DNA of 46,658 nucleotides from an uncultured Chloroherpeton sp. (GTDB lineage Bacteria; Bacteroidota; Ignavibacteria; Kapaibacteriales; UBA2268): NCBI GenBank assembly GCA_964405755.1, contig CAYOPF010000003.1, positions 1 to 46,658 of the forward strand, read 5' to 3'. Shown piece by piece: positions 45,342 to 46,658 of this stretch (position 1 is its first letter; each line of letters starts with the position of its first letter). The notes under the pieces were generated by a model. It saw only the letters and a program-made list of their open reading frames with translations, ran no database searches and was not told where the DNA came from. The position numbers and the translations under genes were made by a program.

Positions 45342-46658
45342 TTGAAAAAAGTATTTTTTGGAGGAATAGAAAATGGAAAAATCCAATTAATATTCGCATT
45401 TTTATTGGTGTTGCTCTTATGTGGGCAGCGGGCACAAGCGGAGAATGGTATAATTTGGGAGAGGGTTTTCCTTCCATATAAGTTGCTTAATGCGGTGTTC
45501 TCGCCCGACGACAAGTACATTTATGCAACTTGCACCGATATTTATTATGTAATCAAGTATGATTTGGAGGGTAATATTCTGGACACAATCAAAAACGTAG
45601 GTGGCATCCGTAAATTTAGCGATGATGGCAAATATTTTTGGAATGTTTATGGGGATAAATATACGTACCCAAGCTTGACTAAAGTAACAAGTATTGCTGA
45701 AAATCTTGGAAGAACAAATTTCAACTTTCAAGCTTCAACAATAAATGAACACTTAGATATTGGTGTTATTTGGGATGGCGGATATTATAGCCCTGGACAA
45801 TTCGAAGCAACCATAAAAAACAATTTAGTATTTTTCAAACCATCAGATATGAAAATAATAAAAGATACATCATATCCAGGACTAAAGTTTGACTATAGGT
45901 CAGTAGCATTACATCCAACAAATGGGACGATGGCGATATATATTGCTGATATGAAAAGGCAAAAAGAAGGCACATATAGAGCACAAAATGAGAGATTTGA
46001 AATATGGGATATTAATTCGTATCAAAGGATAAGAGAAATTTCAAGCAGAGTAATTGGAAATGAGGATTCCGAATCAATAGTCCTCCTCCGTTATTCCCCG
46101 GATGGATCAGTATTGGGCTATCAACACGACGGCAAGCTGACCCTTTACTCTACAACCGATTATTCTGTTCTCTGGGAAAGTGAAGATTTAGGATTTCATA
46201 ATGTTTATAACTTTGTTTGGACAAATGATAACAATTATATGTATTTATCATTTTATAAAAGTATGGACTCAATGGGTGTTTGTAAAATCAAGAATATCAA
46301 TAACTCTTTAATATACATTTATAAACCACCATCTGGAAACTTATTTATCAACATAAACAATAGCTCAACACAATTAGTTAGTAATGCTTCAAATAATCTC
46401 ATCCTCCTCGACAACACGGTAACTTCCATCACCGACCCATTTTTTACAAAAGAGTATAAGACAACATTAAAACAAAATCCAACAAACGGCAATTATCAAT
46501 TGCAAATCGACGCATCACAACCAAATATCCTAACATATTACATTTCCGATATTAATGGAAATACAATCCAACCAAATATAACACAAAATCTTGAACAAGG
46601 AATAAACCAAATAGACCTTGAAACAACAATTTTCCCATCAGGCACTTACTTTATAAAT
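45342..46658 (+). CDS. T9SS-secreted beta-propeller-like protein, 3'-truncated by the window end, start uncertain
   Basis: My own translation shows the frame with codons starting at positions divisible by 3 is open from 45333 to the window end. It is absent from the ORF track because there is no stop. A TTG at 45342 would give MKKVFFGGIENGKIQLIFAFLLVLLLCGQRAQA|ENG. The internal RYSPDGSVLGYQHDGKLTLYS is WD40/PD40-like. The terminal LKQNPTNGNYQLQID...YISDINGNTI...IFPSGTYFIN is the beginning of a T9SS sorting domain. Confidence 0.7.
   Translation, partial: MKKVFFGGIENGKIQLIFAFLLVLLLCGQRAQAENGIIWERVFLPYKLLNAVFSPDDKYIYATCTDIYYVIKYDLEGNILDTIKNVGGIRKFSDDGKYFWNVYGDKYTYPSLTKVTSIAENLGRTNFNFQASTINEHLDIGVIWDGGYYSPGQFEATIKNNLVFFKPSDMKIIKDTSYPGLKFDYRSVALHPTNGTMAIYIADMKRQKEGTYRAQNERFEIWDINSYQRIREISSRVIGNEDSESIVLLRYSPDGSVLGYQHDGKLTLYSTTDYSVLWESEDLGFHNVYNFVWTNDNNYMYLSFYKSMDSMGVCKIKNINNSLIYIYKPPSGNLFININNSSTQLVSNASNNLILLDNTVTSITDPFFTKEYKTTLKQNPTNGNYQLQIDASQPNILTYYISDINGNTIQPNITQNLEQGINQIDLETTIFPSGTYFIN

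Noticed and set aside
45326-45731. Minus-strand ORFs of 64 and 104 aa from the ORF track
   Set aside because: They are antisense to the long open plus-strand frame that carries WD40-like and T9SS sorting-domain sequence, and have no motifs of their own.

Overview
This is a low-GC bacterial chromosomal segment. T9SS C-terminal sorting domains, a PorX-type regulator and recurrent TAnnTTTG promoter motifs point to the FCB group, and the flagellin gene suggests an Ignavibacteriota-like rather than a Bacteroidota organism (inference). From about 4.6 kb to 44.6 kb the window is mostly tightly packed housekeeping: leuS, lptB, htrA, priA, tsaE, tRNA-Pro(CGG), asd, ispD, recQ, ispB, engB, hisS and GDP-mannose synthesis. 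This stretch also carries envelope and transport genes: two TonB paralogs, a TonB-dependent receptor, an EamA transporter and DUF485-ActP. The accessory part is the first ~4.6 kb, a co-oriented plus-strand block. It holds a BglII-like Type II R-M pair (SPPY beta-class methyltransferase translationally coupled to a D-x8-E-x-Q endonuclease). Next comes a NucS/DUF91-type PD-(D/E)xK nuclease fused to an EVE reader domain, a predicted modification-dependent Type IV enzyme. An SH3b-like secreted protein and a RibD_C reductase complete the block. The R-M pair is bracketed by a perfect 47-bp direct repeat. It is followed by two GC-rich ~100-nt imperfect palindromes with AAC...GTT termini that resemble integron attC sites. 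No integrase lies in the window and the left edge is truncated, so this stays a hypothesis. Other notable items are a 1260-aa vWA/WD40/T9SS cargo protein in an operon with hisS and a GT4 glycosyltransferase, and an ActP homolog with a ~180-aa hydrophilic insertion. A 650-bp cluster of GC-rich REP-like hairpins follows actP. A 3'-truncated second T9SS cargo gene, missing from the ORF track, has an ambiguous start.
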